This document shows positions 29,767 through 38,721 of a stretch of 64,000 nt of DNA, piece by piece. Within the stretch, counting starts at the first letter, position 1; each line of letters opens with the position of its first letter. The position numbers and the translations under genes are program-made. The notes beneath the pieces are model-generated. The model searched no databases. It was not told the DNA's origin and worked only from the letters and a program-made list of their open reading frames with translations. Where the stretch lies: assembly GCA_963823065.1 (NCBI GenBank), contig CAWGJX010000004.1, positions 1,280,139 through 1,344,138 on the forward strand, given 5' to 3'. Source of the stretch: an uncultured Bacteroidales bacterium (GTDB lineage: Bacteria > Bacteroidota > Bacteroidia > Bacteroidales > VadinHA17).

Positions 29767-30171
29767 ATGAAAATTATTGCATTATCTTCTTTATTGCTGT
29801 TTTTATGCATTCACATTCAAAGTCAGAATGTTATTGGCTTTAATCATAAGGAAATCAGGGAATATATGAAGGAGAATTGCAGTGAGATGAATTTTAATAA
29901 CGTTGTGAATAACAAATTTAATTATTTAAAATACTCAGATAATGAGGAGAATCAAACATTTCTGTTTTTTCTCGATTCTGATTCCATTTGCAGGAATATA
30001 AGAATAATCTGTGACAGAGGTCTGAAAGATCAAAAAACCCGGGAGTTCAATACAATGTATGTCAGGAGCGGGGAAAATGAGTGGACAGAGAAAAAGAATG
30101 GCAAAGTATATTTAATACAAGTTTTGGACGATAAATGGTCCTTTGTTATATCTATTGAACAAAAGAAATAA
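29767..30171 (+). CDS. Hypothetical secreted protein
   Basis: Signal peptide MKIIALSSLLLFLCIHIQSQ. I recognise no family. Confidence 0.55.
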   Translation: MKIIALSSLLLFLCIHIQSQNVIGFNHKEIREYMKENCSEMNFNNVVNNKFNYLKYSDNEENQTFLFFLDSDSICRNIRIICDRGLKDQKTREFNTMYVRSGENEWTEKKNGKVYLIQVLDDKWSFVISIEQKK

Positions 30172-31045
30172 TCAGGAAAAAGTGGAAGCGACTGAATTGC
30201 TTAAAAAAGTCCGGAGAATTGAAATCAAGACACGGGGATTAAGCCGGCATATTTTTGCTGGCGAATATCACAGCGCATTTAAAGGGAGGGGTATTGCATT
30301 TAGCGAAGTCCGGGAATACCAGTATGGCGACGACATCAGAAGCATTGACTGGAATGTTACTGCACGGTTTCATCATCCATATGTAAAAATATTTGAGGAA
30401 GAGCGGGAACTTACTGTTATGCTGCTAATTGATGTCAGCGGATCAGGCAACTTTGGAACAAAAGGTTCTTATAAAAAAGATATCATGACAGAAGTAGCTG
30501 CCGTACTCTCTTTTTCAGCTATATATAATAATGACAAGATCGGAGTTATCTTTTTTTCAGATAAAGTTGAAAAATTCATACCTCCGCTTAAAGGAAGGAA
30601 GCATATACTAAGGATAATAAGGGAACTGCTTGATTTTACTCCCGGCAGCAGGAAAACCAATTTGAATGAACCATTGCGGTTTCTGACAAATGCCATAAAG
30701 AAACGGTGTACGACCTTTATTATTTCTGATTTTATGGTAACCGGATTTGAGGAAGCTCTTAAAATTGCTTCAAATAAGCACGATATTGTTGCTCTTAAAG
30801 TATTCGATCCTCTTGAACAGAGGTTACCTGATATTGGGTTAGTAAAAGTATCTGATGCGGAAACAGGTGAGGAAAAGTGGATTGACACATCTTCGGCAGG
30901 AACCAGAGCGGCTTATGAAAAGTGGTGGGTAAATAATATGGAGATCGCTAAAAGTATTTTCAAAAGATGCGGAGTAGATTCTGCAGAATTCAGAACAGAT
31001 CTTGATTATGTTAAACCACTGATTATGTTATTTGAGAAAAGGTGA
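30143..31045 (+). CDS. DUF58 domain protein (MoxR partner, vWA-like)
   Basis: GEYHSAFKGRGIAFSEVREYQYGDDIRSIDWNVTAR is the DUF58 signature. Confidence 0.85.
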   Translation: MLYLLNKRNNQEKVEATELLKKVRRIEIKTRGLSRHIFAGEYHSAFKGRGIAFSEVREYQYGDDIRSIDWNVTARFHHPYVKIFEEERELTVMLLIDVSGSGNFGTKGSYKKDIMTEVAAVLSFSAIYNNDKIGVIFFSDKVEKFIPPLKGRKHILRIIRELLDFTPGSRKTNLNEPLRFLTNAIKKRCTTFIISDFMVTGFEEALKIASNKHDIVALKVFDPLEQRLPDIGLVKVSDAETGEEKWIDTSSAGTRAAYEKWWVNNMEIAKSIFKRCGVDSAEFRTDLDYVKPLIMLFEKR

Positions 31046-32025
31046 GCACTATGAAGAAATTTTTACTTTCAATATTTCTTATTATTACAATTATTCCTGC
31101 TTTCGGCCAGAATGTAAATATTACTTCTTCTTTTGATTCAACAAGAATTTTTGTAGGTGATCAGATAAAGTTTACTGTGACTTTCGATAAGCCTTCCGGA
31201 CTTAAACTTACTCTTCCGGTTCTCAAAGATACTCTTTGCAAAAATATTGAAATACTTTCCGGTCCCCATACTGACAGTTCCGCCATTCAAAACGGACGCA
31301 TTAAGATAATACAGAAATACCTTATAACTTCATTTGACTCAGGACATTACAGCGTAAAACCAGTTTTTGCAGAGACAAAAAGTTCTGAAGGACTAAAAAG
31401 ATTTTATTCTGATTATTCATTGCTACAGGTAATGAGGGTAAAAATTGCTCCTCGCGATACAACCGCTAAAATCTTTGACATCGTGAAACCATACAGAGCT
31501 CCTGTGACAGTTGGAGAAATACTACCCTGGGTACTTATAATGACTGTTCTCGGAATATTAACATGGGCAGCTGTCAGATATTTCAGGAAACTTAAAAAAG
31601 TCACTCCGGGCTCAGAACCATATATACCTGAGGATCCTGCTCACGTAGTCGCTTTCAGAGAATTAGAAATACTTAAAAATGAAGAACTGTGGCAAAAAGG
31701 GGAAGTAAAAAAATACTATACACGGTTAACCGAAATATTACGTCAATACCTCGAAAAACGGTTCAGCGTATTTTCTCTTGAATTAACAACAAGCGAAACT
31801 CTTGAGGCACTTCTGAAGTCAGGTTTTAAGAAAAACGGATCCTACAATGAACTTAAGTCTGTTCTCACAGGAGCTGACCTTGTAAAATTTGCTAAATATA
31901 AGCCTGAACCTACTGAAAATGAAGCACATTTTCAAAGTTCATGGAGTTTTGTGCTATTAACAAAGGAAACAGAAACTGTTCCGGAAGCAGTTCAAGGATC
32001 AGACAGGAAGGAGGGTAGTGTATGA
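31042..32025 (+). CDS. Bat-operon membrane protein (at the position of the DUF4381-type protein)
   Basis: Signal peptide, a central transmembrane helix (ILPWVLIMTVLGILTWAAV), and translational coupling on both sides. Confidence 0.55.
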   Translation: MSTMKKFLLSIFLIITIIPAFGQNVNITSSFDSTRIFVGDQIKFTVTFDKPSGLKLTLPVLKDTLCKNIEILSGPHTDSSAIQNGRIKIIQKYLITSFDSGHYSVKPVFAETKSSEGLKRFYSDYSLLQVMRVKIAPRDTTAKIFDIVKPYRAPVTVGEILPWVLIMTVLGILTWAAVRYFRKLKKVTPGSEPYIPEDPAHVVAFRELEILKNEELWQKGEVKKYYTRLTEILRQYLEKRFSVFSLELTTSETLEALLKSGFKKNGSYNELKSVLTGADLVKFAKYKPEPTENEAHFQSSWSFVLLTKETETVPEAVQGSDRKEGSV

Positions 32026-33014
32026 TTGGAATATCTTTTGCCGAACCTTTCTTTCTTTACCTGTTGCTTATTATTCCGGCAATGATCGTTTTTTATATCC
32101 TCAAACAGCAAAAAGTAACAGCTGCAATGAGGATACCCGGTTTGCAATCCTTTAGTCATACCGGAACCACATTCAGACATTATCTCAGACATATTTTTTT
32201 CGCTCTCAGAACTATGGCTGTCGGACTTTTAATAATTGCGCTTGCACGTCCTCAAAAGAGCGATAAGTTTCAGAATGTTTCAACTGAAGGAATTGACATT
32301 GTACTGGCTCAGGATATTTCAGGCAGTATGCTGGCCCGTGATTTTAAACCCGACAGGCTTGAAGCTGCAAAAAATATTGCAACTGAGTTTATTTCAGGCA
32401 GACCTTATGACAGGATTGGCCTTGTTGTATTCAGCGGTGAAGCTTTTACACAATGTCCACTCACAACAGATCATGCTGTTCTGATTAACCTTCTAAGGGA
32501 GATTCAAAGCGGAATGATTGAAGACGGAACAGCAATAGGAATGGGGTTGGCAACAGCTGTAAACAGAATAAAAGATTCTAAGGCTAAGAGCAAGGTAATT
32601 ATTCTCCTGACAGACGGCGTTAATAACAAGGGAGAAATTGCACCTGCTACAGCCGCAGAAATTGCAAAGACCTTTGGTATCAGAGTATATACTATCGGTG
32701 TAGGTACTCAGGGTGTGGCACCATACCCTGTTCAGACCCCTTATGGTATCCAATACCAGGACATGCCTGTTGAAATTGATGAAGGAATACTTCAGCAAAT
32801 AGCTCAGACTACCGGCGGGAAATATTTCAGGGCAACGGACAATAATAGTCTGGTGCAGATTTATAAAGAGATTGACAAGCTTGAGAAATCAAAAATCGAT
32901 GTTAAACAGTTCATTAAGAAGGAAGAAATGTTTCTTTTGCCTGCATTGATTGCCTTTTGTATGTTGATATTTGAAATTATTGCCAGAAATACTGTATTTA
33001 AAAACCTTATTTAA
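32022..33014 (+). CDS. batA: BatA, vWA domain membrane protein
   Basis: N-terminal transmembrane helices, a vWA MIDAS motif (DISGSM), and operon order. Confidence 0.85.
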   Translation: MIGISFAEPFFLYLLLIIPAMIVFYILKQQKVTAAMRIPGLQSFSHTGTTFRHYLRHIFFALRTMAVGLLIIALARPQKSDKFQNVSTEGIDIVLAQDISGSMLARDFKPDRLEAAKNIATEFISGRPYDRIGLVVFSGEAFTQCPLTTDHAVLINLLREIQSGMIEDGTAIGMGLATAVNRIKDSKAKSKVIILLTDGVNNKGEIAPATAAEIAKTFGIRVYTIGVGTQGVAPYPVQTPYGIQYQDMPVEIDEGILQQIAQTTGGKYFRATDNNSLVQIYKEIDKLEKSKIDVKQFIKKEEMFLLPALIAFCMLIFEIIARNTVFKNLI

Positions 33015-33028
33015 AAGAATAAAAGAAA

Positions 33029-34069
33029 ATGCAATTGTTCAGATTTGCAAATCCTGATTTTTTATACCTGCTGCTTCTGCTTCCGGTTCTTATACTTTTA
33101 TTTATTTTAAATAGTATCAGAAAAAGGAATGCATTACGAAGGGTTGGCGAAGCAAATCTGGTTAAAGGCCTCATTCCGGAAATGTCAGGAATACGCCCGG
33201 TGTTAAAATTTTTACTCCAGTTAGTTGCCGTTGCATCCGCAATATTAATGCTTGCAAGACCTCAGTTCGGATCAAAAATTGAAGATGTTAAAAAACAGGG
33301 GGTGGAGGTAATTATTGCACTGGACGTAAGTAATTCTATGCTTGCAGAAGATATACAACCCAACAGACTTACAAGGGCAAAACAGGCAATATCACGTTTG
33401 ATTGATAATCTGGATAATGATAAAATAGGCTTAATTGTCTTTGCTGGAGATGCGTATGTTCAAATTCCTGTTACAACTGATTATATATCGGCAAAAATGT
33501 TTCTTTCCACAATCAGCCCCGATATAGTTCCAAAACAGGGAACGGCAATCGGTGCTGCGATTAGTCTTGGAATCAGATCATTCACTCCGGGAGATGGGAA
33601 AAGTAAAGCGCTGATAATTATTACTGATGGTGAAAACCATGAAGATGACCCGGTGAAAGAAGCCATGGAAGCTGCAAAGGCAGGCGTTATAATACATACA
33701 ATAGGTATTGGGTCAACCGAAGGAGTACCTATACCTATAATGCGAAATGGAAAACAAGATTTCCTTAAGGATAATAAAGGCAATACTGTTATAACAAGGC
33801 TTGATGAAGACATTCTTAAGAAAATAGCATTGGCGACTAACGGAAATTATGTGAGGGCAAGTAACTCGAATATAGGTCTTGATGAAATTTTTGCTGATAT
33901 TAAAAAAATGAAAAAACAGGATCTTCAGAGTACCCAATTCACAGAGTACAATGAACAGTATCAGATATTTGCAGCTATCACGCTTCTCATCTTACTGATT
34001 GATTTTATTGTCATGGACAGGAAAAACAGGCGCCTGGCTAACATCAGGTTATTTAAGTTTAAAATTTAA
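33029..34069 (+). CDS. batB: BatB, vWA domain membrane protein
   Basis: vWA MIDAS motif DVSNSM, a C-terminal transmembrane helix, and operon order. Confidence 0.85.
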   Translation: MQLFRFANPDFLYLLLLLPVLILLFILNSIRKRNALRRVGEANLVKGLIPEMSGIRPVLKFLLQLVAVASAILMLARPQFGSKIEDVKKQGVEVIIALDVSNSMLAEDIQPNRLTRAKQAISRLIDNLDNDKIGLIVFAGDAYVQIPVTTDYISAKMFLSTISPDIVPKQGTAIGAAISLGIRSFTPGDGKSKALIIITDGENHEDDPVKEAMEAAKAGVIIHTIGIGSTEGVPIPIMRNGKQDFLKDNKGNTVITRLDEDILKKIALATNGNYVRASNSNIGLDEIFADIKKMKKQDLQSTQFTEYNEQYQIFAAITLLILLIDFIVMDRKNRRLANIRLFKFKI

Positions 34070-34087
34070 ACAATTGATTATTTAATT

Positions 34088-34855
34088 ATGTGCGGATCAG
34101 ATTATATTAGAAATACAAGTTCAATGCTCAAAAGCATACTGTTTTGCGTATCTTTAATTGCATCTGTATCGGTGTATGGACAGTCTGATAAGAAATTTAT
34201 CAGAAAGGGTGACAGAGAATATGAGAAAAATAAATATTCAGAAGCAGAGATCTCTTACCGGAAAGCGACAGATCAGAATAAACAATCTCCCGACGCAGTT
34301 TTCAATACAGGAGATGCCCTTTATAAACAAAACAAGTTTGAAGATGCAGGAAAACAATTTATTGAGAGTACTAATCAGAATGTTGATAAATTAAAGCGAT
34401 CCGACGGATTTTATAATCTCGGAAATTCGTTAGTAAAAGCGAACAAATTTCAGGAAAGCATTAGTGCCTATGAAAATTCCCTTAAGCTCCATCCTGAGAA
34501 CCCTGAAGCAAAATATAATCTGTCGTATGCCATGGATCAGTTGAAAAAACAGCAGCAGCAGCAACAGCAAGATAAACAAGGAAAGGATAAGCAGGATAAT
34601 AAGGACAACGATAAAAATAAAAATAAGGACCAGAATAAAGATCAGAAAGATCAGAAAGATCAGAATAAGAACCAGCAGGATCAGAAAAATGATCAGAATA
34701 AAAATCAGAATCAACAGCAGCAAAATCAGCAAATCTCTAAGGAAGATGCACAAAGACTTTTAAATTCACTTGCCAGCGATGAAAAAAATGTGGAGGAAAA
34801 AGTCAAACTTGCAAAAGCAGCAAAATCAAAAGTAAGAACAGTGGACAACTGGTAG
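34088..34855 (+). CDS. batC: BatC, TPR protein with a Q/K/D/N low-complexity tract
   Basis: TPR-like repeats (YNLGNSLVKANKFQESISAYENSLKLHPENPEAKYNL). Low-complexity region encoded at about 34545-34735. The likely start is MLKSILF at 34124. Confidence 0.75.
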   Translation: MCGSDYIRNTSSMLKSILFCVSLIASVSVYGQSDKKFIRKGDREYEKNKYSEAEISYRKATDQNKQSPDAVFNTGDALYKQNKFEDAGKQFIESTNQNVDKLKRSDGFYNLGNSLVKANKFQESISAYENSLKLHPENPEAKYNLSYAMDQLKKQQQQQQQDKQGKDKQDNKDNDKNKNKDQNKDQKDQKDQNKNQQDQKNDQNKNQNQQQQNQQISKEDAQRLLNSLASDEKNVEEKVKLAKAAKSKVRTVDNW

Positions 34856-34870
34856 CAGAATTGAAAGAAA

Positions 34871-36691
34871 ATGAAAAAGTCATTATTATACTATTTACTC
34901 GTGTTAGTATCCTTTACTGCAAAGGGACAGGATGTATTCCTTAAGGCTGAAGGCCCTTCTGCTGTAAATGCCGGGGAACAATTCACTGTTATGTGGACAG
35001 TTAATTCAGGAGGAGGGGAGTTCTCAGCTCCGTCCTTCACTGGTTTTTACAAACTAATGGGACCGGAAACATCTTATAGCTCAAGTACCCAGATCATTAA
35101 TGGTAAAATGTCAAATGAGACATCCTATTCCTATGTTTATTATCTGCAGGCTGTTAAGGAAGGGAAGTATGTTCTTTCACCGGCAACATTTACTTTGAAA
35201 GGCAAAACGTATTCCTCAGATTCAATTCACATTGAGGTAGTTGGCAGTACATCTCCAAAACAAAGCACAGCATCCTCTACCGGACGTAACGCTGAATCGG
35301 ATAATTCGGATCTGGAATCCGCAGGGAGAGATATTTTTGTTAACCTTTCCGTTAACCGGAAAGAGATTTATATTGGTGAACCTATTGTTGCAACTGTCAA
35401 ACTTTATTCGCGTGTTAATATTTCGGGTATTAATGAAATCAAATATCCGGCTTTCAACAATTTTCTAAGGTCAGATATTGAAACACCACCTCTGACATCA
35501 CTCCATCAGGAAAACATAAATGGTACAATTTATGGATCAGGAGTGGTCCAGCAATTCCTTCTTTATCCGCAGATTACAGGAGAAATAACAATTGATCCGG
35601 TTCAAATATCTGTTCTGATACAAAAAAAGGTAAAAGGTCAGTCCGATCCCTTTTTTGGTGATTTTTTCTCCTCATATCAAACATTACCTAAAGAAATAGC
35701 AAGCAAACCGGTAACAATAAAGATTAAACCTCTGCCCGGAATAAAACCGGCTGATTTCTCAGGTGTCGTGGGGAAACTCGATCTTAAAGCAACTTTGAGT
35801 AGGGAATCGGTTAATGTAAATGATGCAGTGACTTTCAGAGTAGTTCTCTCGGGAAATGGAAATTTAAAAATTGCATCTGCGCCTGTGTTTAAGTTGTCTC
35901 CGGATATTGAAGTTTACGATCCTAAAATTACAGACGAACTTAAAAACGGCATAGGCGGTACTTCCGGACAGAAAATTTTCGAATATCTGATGATACCCAG
36001 GCATTATGGAGATTTCACGATTCCTCCTGTTACTTATACTTATTTTAATATTTCAACAGGTAAGTATGAAAAAATATCAACTGAGGAGTTTCATGTTATA
36101 GCTCATAAAGTAGAAGGGCAGAATGCAGGAGCCACTGTCTATGGCGGTGTTTCAAAAGAAGATGTTAAATATCTTGGGAAAGATATACGTTTTATTAAAT
36201 CTGATCCCGGTAAAATGAAAAAAGCAGGGGATATCCTGTTTTCAAAACAATCATTTTATAGTGCTTATGCATTTTCATTACTTGCCTTCCTTTTGATATT
36301 GTTCTTGCGCAGGGATTATATAAAGCGCAATTCTGATATTTCTATTGTTAGAAACAGGAAAGCCGGTAAAGTAGCAATTAAAAGACTTCAAAGCGCTTCA
36401 GTCTGTCTGAAAAATGAAGAAATAGATCAGTTTTATGACGAGATACTAAAAGCTATATGGGGTTATTTGAGTGATAAACTTAGTATTCCTCTATCGGACC
36501 TGACACAAAATAATGCAATTGCTGCTCTTACGGAATTTGGTATTGAGGAGGATTTGATAAAAGATCTTTCCAGGATTCTTGATATATGTGAATTTGCGCG
36601 ATATGCACCATCTTCGTCAAATACGGAAGCAACTTCCGTGTATGATGATGCATCCCGTTTTATTAAGTCAGTAGAAAACTCAATAGGCTGA
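34871..36691 (+). CDS. batD: BatD (oxygen tolerance protein)
   Basis: 606 aa, with a signal peptide, repeated Ig-like modules and a late transmembrane helix (AYAFSLLAFLLILFL), at the BatD operon position. Confidence 0.8.
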   Translation: MKKSLLYYLLVLVSFTAKGQDVFLKAEGPSAVNAGEQFTVMWTVNSGGGEFSAPSFTGFYKLMGPETSYSSSTQIINGKMSNETSYSYVYYLQAVKEGKYVLSPATFTLKGKTYSSDSIHIEVVGSTSPKQSTASSTGRNAESDNSDLESAGRDIFVNLSVNRKEIYIGEPIVATVKLYSRVNISGINEIKYPAFNNFLRSDIETPPLTSLHQENINGTIYGSGVVQQFLLYPQITGEITIDPVQISVLIQKKVKGQSDPFFGDFFSSYQTLPKEIASKPVTIKIKPLPGIKPADFSGVVGKLDLKATLSRESVNVNDAVTFRVVLSGNGNLKIASAPVFKLSPDIEVYDPKITDELKNGIGGTSGQKIFEYLMIPRHYGDFTIPPVTYTYFNISTGKYEKISTEEFHVIAHKVEGQNAGATVYGGVSKEDVKYLGKDIRFIKSDPGKMKKAGDILFSKQSFYSAYAFSLLAFLLILFLRRDYIKRNSDISIVRNRKAGKVAIKRLQSASVCLKNEEIDQFYDEILKAIWGYLSDKLSIPLSDLTQNNAIAALTEFGIEEDLIKDLSRILDICEFARYAPSSSNTEATSVYDDASRFIKSVENSIG

Positions 36692-36694
36692 AAA

Positions 36695-37465
36695 ATGAAA
36701 TCTTATAAACGAAATATCTTAATTTTTATAGTATTCTCTCTTTTTGTCCGCATCGGTATTTCACAAGGTACAAACAGAGACAAATTCTATCAGGGAACAA
36801 CATACTTTACTGCAGGAAGTTATAATGAAGCGCTTCGGGTGTGGAATGAGATATATATGACAGGCTACCGGTCAGCAAATCTGGATTATAATATTGGTAA
36901 TGCTTATTTTAAGCTGAATAATATTCCGCTGGCAATCCTGTTTTACGAGAGAGCCTATCTTTTAAAACCAGCTGATGAGGATATTAATTATAATCTTCAG
37001 GTCGCCAGAACACTTACTGTTGATCGTTTTCAGGAAATTCCGCAACTTTTTTTTATAAGAGGGTATAATTTTGTTTCACTTATTCTGTCAACAAATACCT
37101 GGGCTGAAATCAGTATCATTACCTTCATATTATTTCTTCTGTCACTTTCCTTATATATTTATTCAGGCAGACATAGGGATAAAGTACTTGGATTCTGGAT
37201 TGCTCTTTTATTCATATTCATATCAGGGAGCTCGTTAGCTTTCACAATAAGAAATAAATCACTTGTTTATAATAACCACAAAGCAATTATAACAAGTCCT
37301 GTTGCAAATGGGAAAAGTTCTCCCGACAAAAGCGGAAATGATTTGTTTGTACTACATGAAGGTACAAAAGTTACAATTGATGATGAAGTTGGAGATTGGC
37401 TTGAAATAAGGCTTTCCGATGGAAACAAAGGCTGGGTTCCTGCAAATAGTCTCGTCAAAATTTAA
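36695..37465 (+). CDS. batE: BatE (TPR plus C-terminal SH3-like domain)
   Basis: TPR motif (YNIGNAYFKLNNIPLAILFYERAYLLKP), transmembrane helices, and a C-terminal SH3b-like string (GDWLEIRLSDGNKGWVPANSL). Confidence 0.75.
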   Translation: MKSYKRNILIFIVFSLFVRIGISQGTNRDKFYQGTTYFTAGSYNEALRVWNEIYMTGYRSANLDYNIGNAYFKLNNIPLAILFYERAYLLKPADEDINYNLQVARTLTVDRFQEIPQLFFIRGYNFVSLILSTNTWAEISIITFILFLLSLSLYIYSGRHRDKVLGFWIALLFIFISGSSLAFTIRNKSLVYNNHKAIITSPVANGKSSPDKSGNDLFVLHEGTKVTIDDEVGDWLEIRLSDGNKGWVPANSLVKI

Positions 37466-37527
37466 TTGCATTGCAACTAATTTAGTATATTTCAGGTCAG
37501 ATTAATTAATAGGTATCATTCCTGATC

Positions 37528-37947
37528 ATGAAAAAGCTAATTGTTATTTCATTTATTTTGCTGGCGGTACTGGCATGTAAAAAGAAAGAATTTTCGCCTG
37601 AAGGACCTACTGATGTCCGAATCAGAAACTTATCAGATCAGCCTTTCCAGGAGGTAATTGTGTCTACTTCAGAAAAAACTGAAGATATAGATACTATTGG
37701 AAATTTATCAAATGGTGCTGTTTCCGGTTATTTTCGTTTCACAAAAGCGTATCCAAAAGCAGAAATCAGTGCAAAAATTAATGTTGGAGGTACATTGGTA
37801 ACATTTACTACCGGTAAAGTTGATTATACATATCAGCAATATATCGGGCAGGACAGAATTACTTATGAAGTATATATTTCCAGTATGCCTGACAGGCAAC
37901 TTTCAATAAGTAATGTCATTCCCGAAGAACCGCTCGTTTTAAAATAG
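37528..37947 (+). CDS. Hypothetical lipoprotein
   Basis: Lipobox LLAVLACKK. The last 30 codons are duplicated at 38356-38445. Confidence 0.6.
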   Translation: MKKLIVISFILLAVLACKKKEFSPEGPTDVRIRNLSDQPFQEVIVSTSEKTEDIDTIGNLSNGAVSGYFRFTKAYPKAEISAKINVGGTLVTFTTGKVDYTYQQYIGQDRITYEVYISSMPDRQLSISNVIPEEPLVLK

Positions 37948-38153
37948 ACATAACTACGCTCCCCTCTGTGTTTCCCCATTGCTGGCGCCGATTTGGCTAC
38001 GCCGAGCTCGCAGTAGAAGGATAATTACTTGCAGCATAAAATACTGCTCTGCTCGGTTGCAATCGGTGCCTTACTTTAGCGATTTTTAGCCGGCCCTTAT
38101 TATCACGGATTTAATGATGAACCAGGCACGGATTACAAATCCGCGCTAGCTAG
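37858..38153. repeat. Direct repeat D1 (296 bp): gene 3' end plus long R repeat (R1, 37976-38153)
   Basis: Identical to 38356-38651 except for T at 38053 versus C at 38551, by my own base-by-base comparison. Confidence 0.9.
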
Positions 38154-38241
38154 TTCTCTGTGTTACTCAGTGTAAGTTCTTCATTTTTTTTGTTACACAG
38201 AGAGCCACAGAGTTTCAACAGAGAGTTTTCTGCCTTGTTGC

Positions 38242-38355
38242 CCATTGCTGGCGCCGATTTGCAATCGGTGCCTTACTTTAGCGATTTTTAGCCGGCCCTT
38301 ACTATCACGGATTTAATGATGAACCAGGCACGGATTACAAATCCGCGCTAGCTAG
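38242..38355. repeat. R2: short (114-nt) copy of the two-hairpin R repeat, lacking the 61-nt insertion
   Basis: Same as R1 and R3 minus 64 nt. Hairpins GGCGCCGATT-TGC-AATCGGTGCC and GCACGGATT-ACA-AATCCGCGC. Ends in GCTAGCTAG. Confidence 0.85.
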
Positions 38356-38651
38356 ATTACTTATGAAGTATATATTTCCAGTATGCCTGACAGGCAACTT
38401 TCAATAAGTAATGTCATTCCCGAAGAACCGCTCGTTTTAAAATAGACATAACTACGCTCCCCTCTGTGTTTCCCCATTGCTGGCGCCGATTTGGCTACGC
38501 CGAGCTCGCAGTAGAAGGATAATTACTTGCAGCATAAAATACTGCTCTGCCCGGTTGCAATCGGTGCCTTACTTTAGCGATTTTTAGCCGGCCCTTATTA
38601 TCACGGATTTAATGATGAACCAGGCACGGATTACAAATCCGCGCTAGCTAG
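38356..38651. repeat. Direct repeat D2 (296 bp): copy of the gene 3' end plus long R repeat (R3, 38474-38651)
   Basis: See D1. It contains a start-less copy of the last 30 codons and stop of ORF 37528-37947. Confidence 0.9.
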
Positions 38652-38671
38652 GGTATTTTTTACTTTTATCT

Positions 38672-38704
38672 TTTGTTTTTTCATTCCTTATATTTATACA
38701 TTTG
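38672..38704 (+). promoter_or_regulatory. Bacteroidota-type promoter candidate (-33 TTTG, -7 TACATTTG)
   Basis: TTTG at 38672-38675 and TACATTTG at 38697-38704, with 21-nt spacing, 18 nt upstream of the ATG at 38722. Confidence 0.4.
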
Positions 38705-38721
38705 CCATTATCATAAGAATA

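Noticed and set aside
34430-34753. 107-aa minus-strand ORF of L/I/F repeats
   Set aside because: It is the antisense reading of the BatC low-complexity tract, a compositional artefact.
38242-38355. tRNA genes in the R repeat (minus-strand hairpins resemble Thr-UGU and Cys-GCA anticodon arms)
   Set aside because: Only anticodon-arm-like hairpins are present. No acceptor, D or T arms can be formed, and the resemblance follows from the ATTTGCAAT / ATTTGTAAT palindromic loops.
37858-38445. Diversity-generating retroelement (variable repeat at the 3' end of the lipoprotein gene plus a nearby template repeat)
   Set aside because: The two copies are identical across the coding part, with no adenine-specific differences, and no reverse transcriptase gene is present.
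37976-38651. Possible CRISPR array (three direct repeats with spacers)
   Set aside because: The repeats are 114-178 nt, far longer than CRISPR repeats. There are only three copies. One of the apparent spacers is an exact copy of adjacent genomic sequence. No cas genes are present in the window.
37950-38721. Moco riboswitch or other leader RNA for the molybdoenzyme operon
   Set aside because: I could not find the conserved Moco-motif core. A good TTTG / TACATTTG promoter lies downstream of the repeats at 38672-38704, leaving only a very short leader.
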